This document shows, piece after piece, positions 27,717 through 36,078 of a stretch of DNA of 64,000 nt. The DNA is from an uncultured Anaerolineales bacterium (lineage in GTDB: Bacteria; Chloroflexota; Anaerolineae; Anaerolineales; UBA11858). Each line of letters opens with the position of its first letter. The first letter of the stretch is position 1. The notes under the pieces were generated by a model. It saw nothing but the letters and a program-made list of their open reading frames with translations, was not told the origin of the DNA and did no database searches. The DNA is taken from NCBI GenBank assembly GCA_964539105.1, contig CAZIFI010000007.1, positions 2,883 to 66,882 of the forward strand, given 5' to 3'. The position numbers were made by a program, and so were the translations under genes.

Positions 27717-27749
27717 AATAAAAAACCCAGCCTTGTAATCCAAGGCTGG
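27717..27749 (-). terminator. Rho-independent terminator of the sigma/anti-sigma/membrane operon
   Basis: Minus strand: CCCAGCCTTG-gatta-CAAGGCTGGG followed by TTTTTATT. Confidence 0.75.
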
Positions 27750-27777
27750 GGGTAGAGTGGAGGTGCGGAAATACGGG

Positions 27778-28266
27778 TTATTCTTCGGATTCCGAACCTT
27801 GTTTGGGTGGGAAGAAGGAAAGGATAGCAGCGCCGAAGCCTCGGAAGGTGAGATAGGGAAAAAGTAGGAACCAACCAATGACCGGGGTCAGGCTGGCCAA
27901 TATGACCACTGTGCTTCCCCAGATGAGTTGGAGAGGGGCATTTTTTGCAGGGAGCAGGCGGGTGCCTACCAGCTGGGCTAAAGCGCCTAATCCCATAATC
28001 AACCCCACCAGGAACACGCCGCTGATAGCAAAGGAGAGGATGAAGAACGGGCTGAATGTATCACCGACAGCCAGGGATCCAAGGGTAAGTGCCGAGGCGA
28101 ATAATGTGTTGACCAGGCCCAACCAAAATGAGCGTCTGGGTTGCGTCTGGACTGTGATTTGAATCCGTTCCATGCGTTGGGGAAAAAGCAGGCGCATGGT
28201 CAAAAAGAGGGCTAATATTGTCACTGCAGAAAACAGAATGAGGAGTAAAAGGGCAAGTGTTTCCAT
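27778..28266 (-). CDS. Small polytopic membrane protein, co-operonic with sigma/anti-sigma
   Basis: 162-aa protein with 4-5 hydrophobic helices. No recognised motif. Confidence 0.6.
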   Translation of the reverse strand: METLALLLLILFSAVTILALFLTMRLLFPQRMERIQITVQTQPRRSFWLGLVNTLFASALTLGSLAVGDTFSPFFILSFAISGVFLVGLIMGLGALAQLVGTRLLPAKNAPLQLIWGSTVVILASLTPVIGWFLLFPYLTFRGFGAAILSFFPPKQGSESEE

Positions 28267-28295
28267 GGTGTATCTCCCGTTTTTAAGGTAGGATT

Positions 28296-28898
28296 TTACA
28301 GGTTGAGCTCTCTTCGGAGGAGCAGGGTATTTCCGAGGATACCCAGCAGGGCAGCGGTCAGAAATACAGCCCAGAGGGGTTTGAAATGGTAGGCTGGAGC
28401 TGAAAGATGGGAATATACGCTTATCATTTGGTCAAATAAGGCTTGTAAACCCTGCAGCTGCGCCTGGATGTCAGCTGCCATGCCCAGCAGGTTGGCTTGG
28501 AGAATCACAACCCAGTTTATGAGAGAGATTTTCATCCCTTGAAAGAGGGGGAGGGCGAGGAGGATGGGAAGGGATAAGGCCAGCAGGACGACGGCTGCAG
28601 CAGCCTGGGCTGCGGTAATCCAGGGCAGGGCTGAGAAAACATCTTTCTCCGCTCTCAGCGATCGCAGGACTTGTGGGGCGAGGTCAACGCCCAGGGGAAG
28701 GTCAGGCAGTTCCTTTAACGTCATAAACGTGGATTGGAGTTCCTGCAGCCGCTCCTGACAGCTGTTGCACGATTCAAGGTGCTTCTTCACAGTCGTGTGC
28801 TCCATGGCTGTAAGTTCTCCGTCTAAATGGGCGTGGAGCATGTTTTCTTGGAGGTGATCGTCTTTCAGATGTGATCCTTTAATGTTATTTGCCTTCAT
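28296..28898 (-). CDS. Anti-sigma factor (zf-HC2 type) with TM segments
   Basis: N-terminal H-x3-C-x2-C zinc motif (HLESCNSCQERL), followed by TM helices. Overlaps the sigma gene by 14 nt. Confidence 0.8.
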   Translation of the reverse strand: MKANNIKGSHLKDDHLQENMLHAHLDGELTAMEHTTVKKHLESCNSCQERLQELQSTFMTLKELPDLPLGVDLAPQVLRSLRAEKDVFSALPWITAAQAAAAVVLLALSLPILLALPLFQGMKISLINWVVILQANLLGMAADIQAQLQGLQALFDQMISVYSHLSAPAYHFKPLWAVFLTAALLGILGNTLLLRRELNL

Positions 28899-29439
28899 AT
28901 TTCCTCAGCAGTTCTGATAATTTGTTCCGGGCGCGGTACAGATGACTGCGCACGGTGTTGAGGGGGATCTCGAGCTCATCCGCTATTTCCTGGTAAGAAA
29001 GGTCCTGAAAGTGACGCAGCTCGATGGCCACCCGGTGGTGTGGGGGCAGCTGCCACAGGGCCTGATAAATCTTTTCCTGGCGCTCATTCTTGATCAGCCA
29101 CGCCTCGGGTGTCTTTCCTCCCCCGCTTTTGGGGATGTCGTGTTCGTCCAGCAAAGGCATACTGGGCGGTTGGGATTGGTTCAAATGGTTGTAGCATAAG
29201 TTGGCTGCTACCGTCCGGACCCAGGGGCCAAAAGGACGCTCCATGTCGAAGCTGTCCAGGTGGTGATAAGCGCGGAGAAAGGTGTCCTGGGTGAGGTCCT
29301 CGGCATCACGGCGGTTCCCCAGGATACGGAAGCACACGCTGAAAACCGAGGATTGATATTCTCGAACCAGGTCGCCGTAAGCCTCAAGGTCACCCTGCAG
29401 CGTGTCCTGTATGTGGTCGCGATCTGATGATTCGGCCAT
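28885..29439 (-). CDS. ECF (group 4) RNA polymerase sigma factor
   Basis: Region 2 (YGDLVREYQSSVFSVCFRILGNRRDAEDLTQDTFLRAY) and region 4 (LSYQEIADELEIPLNTVRSHLYRARNKL). Confidence 0.9.
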   Translation of the reverse strand: MAESSDRDHIQDTLQGDLEAYGDLVREYQSSVFSVCFRILGNRRDAEDLTQDTFLRAYHHLDSFDMERPFGPWVRTVAANLCYNHLNQSQPPSMPLLDEHDIPKSGGGKTPEAWLIKNERQEKIYQALWQLPPHHRVAIELRHFQDLSYQEIADELEIPLNTVRSHLYRARNKLSELLRKYEGK

Positions 29440-29448
29440 GTCTGTATT

Positions 29449-29480
29449 GTATTACAGGAAGAGGGGTGAAAAAGTTGCAC
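29449..29480 (-). promoter_or_regulatory. Putative autoregulatory ECF-type promoter (copy A)
   Basis: Minus strand: GTGCAACTTTTTC (29480-29468), 12 nt, GTAATAC (29455-29449). Only 9 nt lie between this -10-like box and the sigma ATG. Confidence 0.5.
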
Positions 29481-29551
29481 CTGCGGGGGTGATTATGCAT
29501 TCCTTGTCCCCCTGTTGGGAGGGTGCTATAATTTTGATGAATTCCGTTTTT

Positions 29552-29626
29552 GCCCCGGTGGCTCAATCTGGATAGAGCAAGGCTCTCCTAAAGCCTAGGT
29601 TGTGGGTTCGAATCCCGCCCGGGGCA
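29552..29626 (+). tRNA. tRNA-Arg (anticodon CCT)
   Basis: Acceptor GCCCCGG/CCGGGGC, D arm GCTC-AATCTGGATA-GAGC, anticodon arm AGGCT-CTCCTAA-AGCCT, T arm GTGGG-TTCGAAT-CCCGC, discriminator A. Confidence 0.9.
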
Positions 29627-29637
29627 CTTATATTTGT

Positions 29638-29665
29638 CCCCTGATCAATCAGGGGGTTTATGTTT
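29638..29665 (+). terminator. Hairpin terminator after tRNA-Arg
   Basis: CCCCTGAT-ca-ATCAGGGG followed by GTTTATGTTT. Confidence 0.55.
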
Positions 29666-29694
29666 GGAATCCCCAGCCGTGTTAGGCTAATCCC

Positions 29695-30333
29695 ATGTTT
29701 AGATCTATAAACTGGAAGACATTTCCACGAGACTTTTTGATCACCCAGGCCGGTTTCGCTATCTTCGGCGTGGCCATTGCCCTCATCATTCAGGCCGATC
29801 TGGGCACCGGGGCCTGGGCAGTCTTGATCGTGGCCCTGGCAGAACGGGTGGGGACATCTCCGGGGATGATGGTAATCCTGACCGGGTTGATTGCTCTGGC
29901 AGGTGCCATGCTCCTGGGGGAGCAGATTGGTTGGGGAACGGTGGGCAATATGCTCTTCATTGGACCCTGGTTGGACCTGTTTTTGCTCATTATTCCCAGA
30001 GTGGAGGATCATCTCCCGGTCCAAATTGCCATGCTGCTGGCCTGTGTGGCTCTGATCGGGATGGCCAGCGCCATATACATCGGCGTGGATGCCGGCGCCG
30101 GGCCGCGGGACAGCCTGATGCTGGCCGTCAGCCGCACCATGGGTTGGAGCGTGCGCCGTTCCCGGGCCACGATTGAGTTCGTAGTCTTGACCGTCGGATG
30201 GCTTCTGGGCGGTCCGGTGGGGGTGGGCACAGTGGTCTTCACCCTGCTGGTGGGTCCCTCGGTGCAGCTCGGCTTCCGCCTCCTGAACGTACAGCCCCAC
30301 AGCCCCCGGGTGGATGCTGTTGTTTCAGATTGA
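29695..30333 (+). CDS. YczE-like membrane protein
   Basis: GVAIALIIQADLGTGAWAVL...G.SPG resembles the YczE/YitT-type pattern (ADLGvGpWd). Protein has 5-6 TM helices. Confidence 0.6.
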   Translation: MFRSINWKTFPRDFLITQAGFAIFGVAIALIIQADLGTGAWAVLIVALAERVGTSPGMMVILTGLIALAGAMLLGEQIGWGTVGNMLFIGPWLDLFLLIIPRVEDHLPVQIAMLLACVALIGMASAIYIGVDAGAGPRDSLMLAVSRTMGWSVRRSRATIEFVVLTVGWLLGGPVGVGTVVFTLLVGPSVQLGFRLLNVQPHSPRVDAVVSD

Positions 30334-30440
30334 CGGTGAGCGGCAAGGGTTGATTCGGCGGTCCATACGGGTTGAAATTTCCTTTTGATTGGATACGAGA
30401 CAATTGATATCATCCTATATTTGTTATTACGAGGTAAGCG

Positions 30441-30923
30441 ATGAGTGAAGCGACAACCTATACCGTGAAAGAAGCACACCTTCATTTTGCGCGGCAAATC
30501 AACGGCAAGGTGTGGGAACTATTGGGGATGTCTGGACGCAGTCCTGAACAGGATATGGAGATGGTCCATGCCGCCCATGCTTCTCTGCACCACTGGCTGC
30601 AGATCGGTAACGCCGCCCATCACCAGCGGGGAGAATGGTTAATAGCCCGGGTGTACATCGTTCTGGAAAACCCGTACGCTGCCCTGCGGCATGCCCGGCG
30701 CTGTTTGAAATTGACGACCCAGAATCCGGAAGAAATGGAAGATTTTGATGTGGCTTATGCCCATGAGGCCTTGGCCCGGGCTTCAGCCCTTTCCGGCGAT
30801 ACAGACGCTGCCCGGGACTACCGTACGCAGGCCAGGCGGGCGGGTGATGCCATTGAGGTAGAGGAGGATCGCAGACTCTTTCTAGCTGATTTTGAAGGGG
30901 GGGATTGGTATGGTGTGGGGTGA
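30441..30923 (+). CDS. Hypothetical helical protein (160 aa)
   Basis: Clean ORF with coding-like composition. No recognised motif. Confidence 0.55.
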   Translation: MSEATTYTVKEAHLHFARQINGKVWELLGMSGRSPEQDMEMVHAAHASLHHWLQIGNAAHHQRGEWLIARVYIVLENPYAALRHARRCLKLTTQNPEEMEDFDVAYAHEALARASALSGDTDAARDYRTQARRAGDAIEVEEDRRLFLADFEGGDWYGVG

Positions 30924-31278
30924 CAGAAAACATGTCTCTATAGGGGAATAAAGGATGCTTAAACGACCTGTCCACGTAACAGATGTTCCAAGGATTGCCA
31001 GGATCCATGTCACTTCCTGACAGGCAGCCATGGCTTCCATATTGCTGATGGTGGAGAGCCGGGCTCAGGCGGTGCTGGCGGCCCAGGAAGGGGGAATTAC
31101 CCGCGGGGGATGATCAGGGGCATAAAAACGGGACGCATGTCCCAGGACGGGGCCCGGGTATTCGGGACACCGGTCTCATGACAATCTATCCAACGAAACA
31201 TATACTCACCTTTGTCAACACACAGCATGTCGGGTTATGGCCTGATTAGCTGTGTTCGCTTTCAACAAAGGAGAGTGT

Positions 31279-31941
31279 ATGAAAAAAACCTTTGCAGTTT
31301 TATACGGATATGTTTGTTACGTCATAGCCCTGGGTACGATCCTGTATCTGATTGGTTTCGTGGGCGATTTTCTGGTTCCGAAATCGATTTCCAGCGGGCA
31401 GAGCGGCCCAGTAAGGTGGGCTGTTCTGGTGGATCTGGCGTTGCTGCTGGTTTTCTCACTGCAGCACAGAGGGATGGCCCGGGCCGGGTTTAAATCATGG
31501 CTTTCTGACGTGTTGCCCCGCCCCTTTCAACGTAGCACCTATATCCTGGCTGCCAGTTTAACCCTGGTTGCCACGGTGATTTTCTGGCAGCCGCTGCCAG
31601 GGGTTGTGTGGCATGTGGATAAAACCTGGGCCCAAATAATATTGTGGTTGCTGTATGGCCTGGGCTGGGTAACGGTCTTCGTTTCTGCCCGCCTGATCAA
31701 CAGCGGCCATTTCTTTGGTGTGCAGCAGATGAAAGATTTCGCCCAGGATCAACCCCAGAGATCCCCGGAATTTCAGACCCCGGGGTTTTATCAATACATC
31801 CGCCACCCCTTAATGCTTGGTTTTCTAATTGCCTTCTGGGCGACCCCGCACATGACACTGGGTCATCTGCTGTTCGCAAGCACAGTTACTCTTTACATTT
31901 TCTTTGCGGTGCAGCTTGAAGAGCGGGATTTGATCCGCTAG
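31279..31941 (+). CDS. ICMT/PEMT-like membrane methyltransferase (MddA/NnrU-related), truncated by an in-frame TAG
   Basis: RHPLMLGFLIAFWATP...LEERDLIR then TAG. The next 38 in-frame codons begin FGERYRRYRERVP, which completes the family motif EExxLxxxFGxxYxxY. Start at ATG 31279 after AAGGAGAG. Confidence 0.7.
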   Translation: MKKTFAVLYGYVCYVIALGTILYLIGFVGDFLVPKSISSGQSGPVRWAVLVDLALLLVFSLQHRGMARAGFKSWLSDVLPRPFQRSTYILAASLTLVATVIFWQPLPGVVWHVDKTWAQIILWLLYGLGWVTVFVSARLINSGHFFGVQQMKDFAQDQPQRSPEFQTPGFYQYIRHPLMLGFLIAFWATPHMTLGHLLFASTVTLYIFFAVQLEERDLIR

Positions 31942-32091
31942 TTTGGCGAACGCTACCGCAGGTACCGGGAACGGGTGCCGAGATTTGTGCCCCGTATCTC
32001 CCCGGGTAGGAAACCTCAAAGCAATGCGGAGGGCAGGAAAGTAACGGATCAATAATTTGAAGAAGTTGGAATTCTTATTCAGGAGGATAGG

Positions 32092-32721
32092 ATGGAAAAG
32101 ATCAAAGATCAGGAAATTACATTCAAAATGGATGTCGCAAAGCGTCAGGCGCCGCTCAAAAAACGTTATCGAGAGCGTCCTCATGAGGCGCTGATCACGG
32201 ATTATGCCCGTACGGTGATGGATGAGGATAAAGATGCCCTTCACGGACGCCTGAATCTGGGTCGATCTGTGGGAGGTGCACAGATCGCGGCAGATTATGC
32301 TGACCAGGATGATACAGAATATGGCGTGGAATGGCCCACGGGAATCCACCGCGCGGTGGGCGGAGATCATGATTTGCCCAATCCGGGCAATATCCTGTCC
32401 GCGGCGCTGGCCATCTGTTTCGATTCCACGTTACGGATGATCGCCAATATTCTGAAAGTAGAATTGGAGCATCTCTCCGTTACTGTTTCATCCACAGCCG
32501 ATGTGCGGGGGACGCTGGTGGTGGACCGGGATGTCCCCGTTGAGTTTCAAGAAATGACTCTGCATGTCGACCTCAAAACAGCGGAAGGGACACCTCCCAG
32601 GTTGGTCGCCAGGCTTTTGAAAGGTGCAGAATACAGCTGTGTAAATTTACAAACTTTGCGCAAGGGGGTCCCCGTTGAAATGGAGTTCGATGTGGACCAG
32701 GGGGATGTCTTCGACCACTAA
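32092..32721 (+). CDS. OsmC/Ohr family protein
   Basis: GGDHDLPNPGNILSAALAICFDSTLRMIA and a second Cys at EYSCVNLQT, the two-Cys layout of OsmC-like peroxidases. Confidence 0.75.
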   Translation: MEKIKDQEITFKMDVAKRQAPLKKRYRERPHEALITDYARTVMDEDKDALHGRLNLGRSVGGAQIAADYADQDDTEYGVEWPTGIHRAVGGDHDLPNPGNILSAALAICFDSTLRMIANILKVELEHLSVTVSSTADVRGTLVVDRDVPVEFQEMTLHVDLKTAEGTPPRLVARLLKGAEYSCVNLQTLRKGVPVEMEFDVDQGDVFDH

Positions 32722-32993
32722 AGGCTGGTCATCAACAAGCATGTTGTCATAGATCGCCTCCTGAGGTGATCTGGTCGTGTGCCAGGCGGGTAACCGGCAG
32801 GCAATGGACTGTATGGTAACTGGGTTCACGAATGAAAAATTCAGCGGGAAATGAGGCTGTCAGGTGCTACAATTAACGGTGGCACGGGACAGCCTCCTGC
32901 TCGTTTATCGGTCATGCGGGGCTGTCTGCCAGATTAGTCTGTTCAGTGATTGAAAGGACCCGCTTTGTAGCGGGAAGGAGGGAAGCGGAAATC

Positions 32994-33767
32994 ATGGAAT
33001 ATGTCAATATTTATGACTTAAGCATACCCAAACTGGGTATCGGAACCTGGAAAATGAGCGGAAGAGGATGCCGGCGTAGTGTGCGCAGTGCGCTGGAGAT
33101 GGGCTACCGGCATATTGATACGGCAGAATTTTATCGTAATGAAGAACAAGTGGGTCAGGCTGTGAAAGAATCCGGTGTGCCAAGGGAAGAGATTTTCCTG
33201 ACCACCAAAGCCTGGAACAACCATTTTGGTCGGGAATCCGTGCAGCAGGCCTGCGAACAGAGCCTGCAGCGCCTGGGGATGGATTATATTGACCTGTACT
33301 TAATGCACCATCCCTCCGACTCGGTTCCGCTGGAAGAAACCCTGGCTGGAATGGATCAACTGGTAGATGATGGCAAGACGCGCTTCATCGGTGTCAGCAA
33401 TTTCGGGGTACCCCGCCTGGACCGGTCCCGGAAAGTTGCCTCTCATCCCATCTTTACCAACCAGATTGAATATCATCCATTCCGGCAGCAGAAGGATGTC
33501 CTGACGTACTGTCAGGATCACGGGGTGCTGCTTACGGCCTACAGCCCGCTGGACCGCGGCGGTGTGACCCGAAATAAAACCCTGCAGCGCATCGGTGACA
33601 GGTACGGCAAAAGTGCCGCTCAGGTAACCCTGCGGTGGCTCATTCAGCAAAAAAACATGATCACCATCCCGAAAGCATCATCCCAAGAACACCAGCGTTC
33701 CAATCTGGATCTCTTTGATTTTGAGTTGTCTGACCAGGAGATGCGAAAAATCAACGATCTGGGATAA
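32994..33767 (+). CDS. Aldo/keto reductase
   Basis: LGIGTW, GYRHIDTAEFYRNE, FLTTKAW, YIDLYLMH and AYSPL motifs. ATG 32994 follows GGAAGGAGGG. Confidence 0.9.
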   Translation: MEYVNIYDLSIPKLGIGTWKMSGRGCRRSVRSALEMGYRHIDTAEFYRNEEQVGQAVKESGVPREEIFLTTKAWNNHFGRESVQQACEQSLQRLGMDYIDLYLMHHPSDSVPLEETLAGMDQLVDDGKTRFIGVSNFGVPRLDRSRKVASHPIFTNQIEYHPFRQQKDVLTYCQDHGVLLTAYSPLDRGGVTRNKTLQRIGDRYGKSAAQVTLRWLIQQKNMITIPKASSQEHQRSNLDLFDFELSDQEMRKINDLG

Positions 33768-33827
33768 GTTTGATCTTCCTCCTGATTGAGATCTAATCAA
33801 ATTTAAAGGTGGATGAGGAAGGAAAAC

Positions 33828-34166
33828 ATGGCATTCTATATCGTGAAGGCAGAGCCGGTTGAAGAGCGCCTGAATGAATTGCGGGAGTGGCTGAACAGCG
33901 GGGATATTTCAAATATGGATCCCTTTGGAAGGACCCTGCAGCATTCCCTGGAAAACGCGCGCATTATGGAAGATGGCAGAGCAGTGTGGGAGGAGGAGGA
34001 CTACTGCCACCCGCCGCTGGACATGGAGCGCAAGGCGGTCCTGGATAAATATTTTACTGATATCCAGGTTGAAGCGGTGGACCGTGGTGAAGGTTGGGAG
34101 AGGATCGAAAACCTTCCCTCCCTGTGGGAGGCCGGGGTTGAATCTGAAGCGGAATCGAATGGGTAA
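33828..34166 (+). CDS. Hypothetical acidic protein (about 113 aa)
   Basis: ORF with GAGGAAGGA upstream of the second ATG. No recognised motif. Confidence 0.5.
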   Translation: MAFYIVKAEPVEERLNELREWLNSGDISNMDPFGRTLQHSLENARIMEDGRAVWEEEDYCHPPLDMERKAVLDKYFTDIQVEAVDRGEGWERIENLPSLWEAGVESEAESNG

Positions 34167-34193
34167 GCTGGGAAGTAAAGGGAGGCCTGTCCC

Positions 34194-34982
34194 GTGAGGT
34201 TCTTTCATCTGTCTGATTTGCACATCGGACAATCGAAAAACGATCAAAAGGTGGGGGTGATCACGCGCTGGATCATTGATCATGCCTCGCAGCATCAAGC
34301 CCGTCTGGTTTTGATCACCGGTGACGTGGTGGATTCCGGGTTCAAATGGCAGTATCAAAAAGCCCAGCAGCATGTGGAGCGTCTGCGTCAGGCTGGGTTC
34401 CGGGTGCTTGTCGTCCCTGGAAATCATGATTATGGACCGCTGGGGATTGCCGAAAGCCGAAGAAGCGCGCAGCATTTCAAACGCTACCTGACCGGGGGGC
34501 GGGAGTTTCCCTCGCTGGAGGTGGTTGATCGACAGGTCTTCATTTTGCTCGATTCCATGCAGCAAGAATTGGAAGATGTAGAAATATGGGGCGCGGAAGG
34601 TGAGCTGGGAGACAGTCAGTTACAAGAAGTAAAATTGATGCTTGATGATCTGGAGGGAGATCCCGCGGTGGACCATGTCATCGTCGCTCTCCATCATCAT
34701 CCCTTTGAATATAAAAACTTTCATGAACTGCGTGATGCAGAAAAGCTAATGGAGGTGGTCGCCAATCCAGGTGTATCCTCAATCCGGGTTCAGTGCTTAT
34801 TATTCGGCCATAAACATGTGGCGATGCGCTTTGATCATCCTCCTCTGGATATGGAAACCAGGTACGGTTTGGGTTTGATCTTCGCTGCGGGTTCTACCGT
34901 GGAACGGGACCGGTCTGGCCGGATGACGCTGCCCGTGATTGATTTAAAGCAGATGGGCATTAAACGCTGGAAAATACAGTAA
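34194..34982 (+). CDS. Calcineurin-like metallophosphoesterase
   Basis: HLSDLHIG, ITGDVVD, VPGNHD, ALHHHP and GHKH motifs. GTG start. Confidence 0.85.
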   Translation: MRFFHLSDLHIGQSKNDQKVGVITRWIIDHASQHQARLVLITGDVVDSGFKWQYQKAQQHVERLRQAGFRVLVVPGNHDYGPLGIAESRRSAQHFKRYLTGGREFPSLEVVDRQVFILLDSMQQELEDVEIWGAEGELGDSQLQEVKLMLDDLEGDPAVDHVIVALHHHPFEYKNFHELRDAEKLMEVVANPGVSSIRVQCLLFGHKHVAMRFDHPPLDMETRYGLGLIFAAGSTVERDRSGRMTLPVIDLKQMGIKRWKIQ

Positions 34983-35007
34983 CACACTGGGTTTCCCCGA
35001 ACAGATT

Positions 35008-36078
35008 ATGCAGAGGAGGGTATTGTTCAACATGGCGGTGTTGCAATCTATCTTCTGGCGGGCTGATCAGATGCGGCTGCGGGCCTTTTGGCGCATCATC
35101 ATCCACGCCGGTCTGCTGATGGTGCTCCTGATCATCCCGGAAACCATTGCCGGAACGATTGCCTTCGGGTTGATTATCTCCCGGGGGGATTTCACGCTTG
35201 ATCAACTGGGAGATCCAACGGTTGTGCAATCGGTCGTTGTGGGACAGCCTGCTGCCATCATGATCCTGTATGCGGGCTTCATCCCCGTTTTGATTTTCAG
35301 TATCTGGCTTGCCGCGAGATTCCTGGATCGACGCCCCTTTCGGGATTTCGGGTTTCGTTTCAACCGCTCGTGGTGGATAGATCTGGGTTTCGGGGTTGCC
35401 CTGGGGGCAGCCCTGATGGGACTTATCTTTCTGTGGGAATGGCTGGCAGGCTGGGTATATGTGGAGGATACCCTGGTGACCCGAAATCCTGAAGCTCCAT
35501 TCTGGTCCACCCTCATCCCTCCCATGCTGACTTATGCGGGGGTAGGGGTTTCTGAAGAGCTGCTCAGCAGGGGATATCATCTCAAAAATCTGGCAGAGGG
35601 GTTTTATGGCCTGTCTGTCAAACCCCGGGCTGCTGTCCTGATTGCAGCGGTGATATCTTCTTTGATGTTCGGCGGCCTGCATGTTTTGAATCCCCACGCA
35701 TCCCTGATCAGCACCCTGAACATCAGCCTGGCAGGCCTGCTTCTGGCAGCCGGATATGTTTTGACAGGTGAATTAGCCCTGCCCATCGGCCTCCATTTTT
35801 CATGGAATTTCTTTCAGGGCAACGTATTTGGGTTCCCTGTCAGCGGTGCAAGTCTCCGTTCAGCGGCATTTCTTGAAATCAGACAAATGGGACCCCGGAT
35901 GTGGACGGGTGGGAGATTCGGCCCCGAGGCGGGGCTTGTGGGGGTGGCAGCCATGGTGCTGGGTGTCGTTATGATCGTGGTATGGGAGCGTTTTCGCCGC
36001 GGGAAGGTGTCTTTGAATATCCATCTTGCCTTTCCACCCTGCAGCGAAAGAGGCGGGAAATGGTCTGCTGATGACTGA
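35008..36078 (+). CDS. CPBP (CAAX) family intramembrane glutamic protease
   Basis: EELLSRGY (motif 1), FGGLH (motif 2) and HFSWNF (motif 3) in a polytopic protein. Confidence 0.85.
   Translation: MQRRVLFNMAVLQSIFWRADQMRLRAFWRIIIHAGLLMVLLIIPETIAGTIAFGLIISRGDFTLDQLGDPTVVQSVVVGQPAAIMILYAGFIPVLIFSIWLAARFLDRRPFRDFGFRFNRSWWIDLGFGVALGAALMGLIFLWEWLAGWVYVEDTLVTRNPEAPFWSTLIPPMLTYAGVGVSEELLSRGYHLKNLAEGFYGLSVKPRAAVLIAAVISSLMFGGLHVLNPHASLISTLNISLAGLLLAAGYVLTGELALPIGLHFSWNFFQGNVFGFPVSGASLRSAAFLEIRQMGPRMWTGGRFGPEAGLVGVAAMVLGVVMIVVWERFRRGKVSLNIHLAFPPCSERGGKWSADD

Noticed and set aside
29563-30300. 245-aa minus-strand ORF overlapping tRNA-Arg and the YczE-like gene
   Set aside because: It runs through a tRNA gene. 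Its composition is His/Gly/Pro/Gln-rich and non-protein-like. The plus-strand membrane protein is a much better explanation.
30954-31124. Possible GNAT acetyltransferase remnant (MLKRPVHVTDVPRIARIHVTS-TGA-QAAMAS...) with an in-frame TGA where GNATs often have SW-xx-AY
   Set aside because: It spans only about 56 codons in total. The resemblance rests on a few N-terminal residues, and nothing resembling the acetyl-CoA motif follows. This is too weak to call a pseudogene or a recoding event.
31939-31941. Pyrrolysine decoding of the in-frame TAG in the ICMT-like gene
   Set aside because: No pylS/pylT/pylBCD-like genes are present in this window, and the family is not a known Pyl-containing family. 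It is retained only as a remote possibility under the broader finding.
33909-35697. Minus-strand ORFs 33909..34565 (218 aa) and 34960..35697 (245 aa)
   Set aside because: They are antisense to the metallophosphoesterase and CPBP protease genes, both of which have clear catalytic motifs. The antisense translations are low-complexity.
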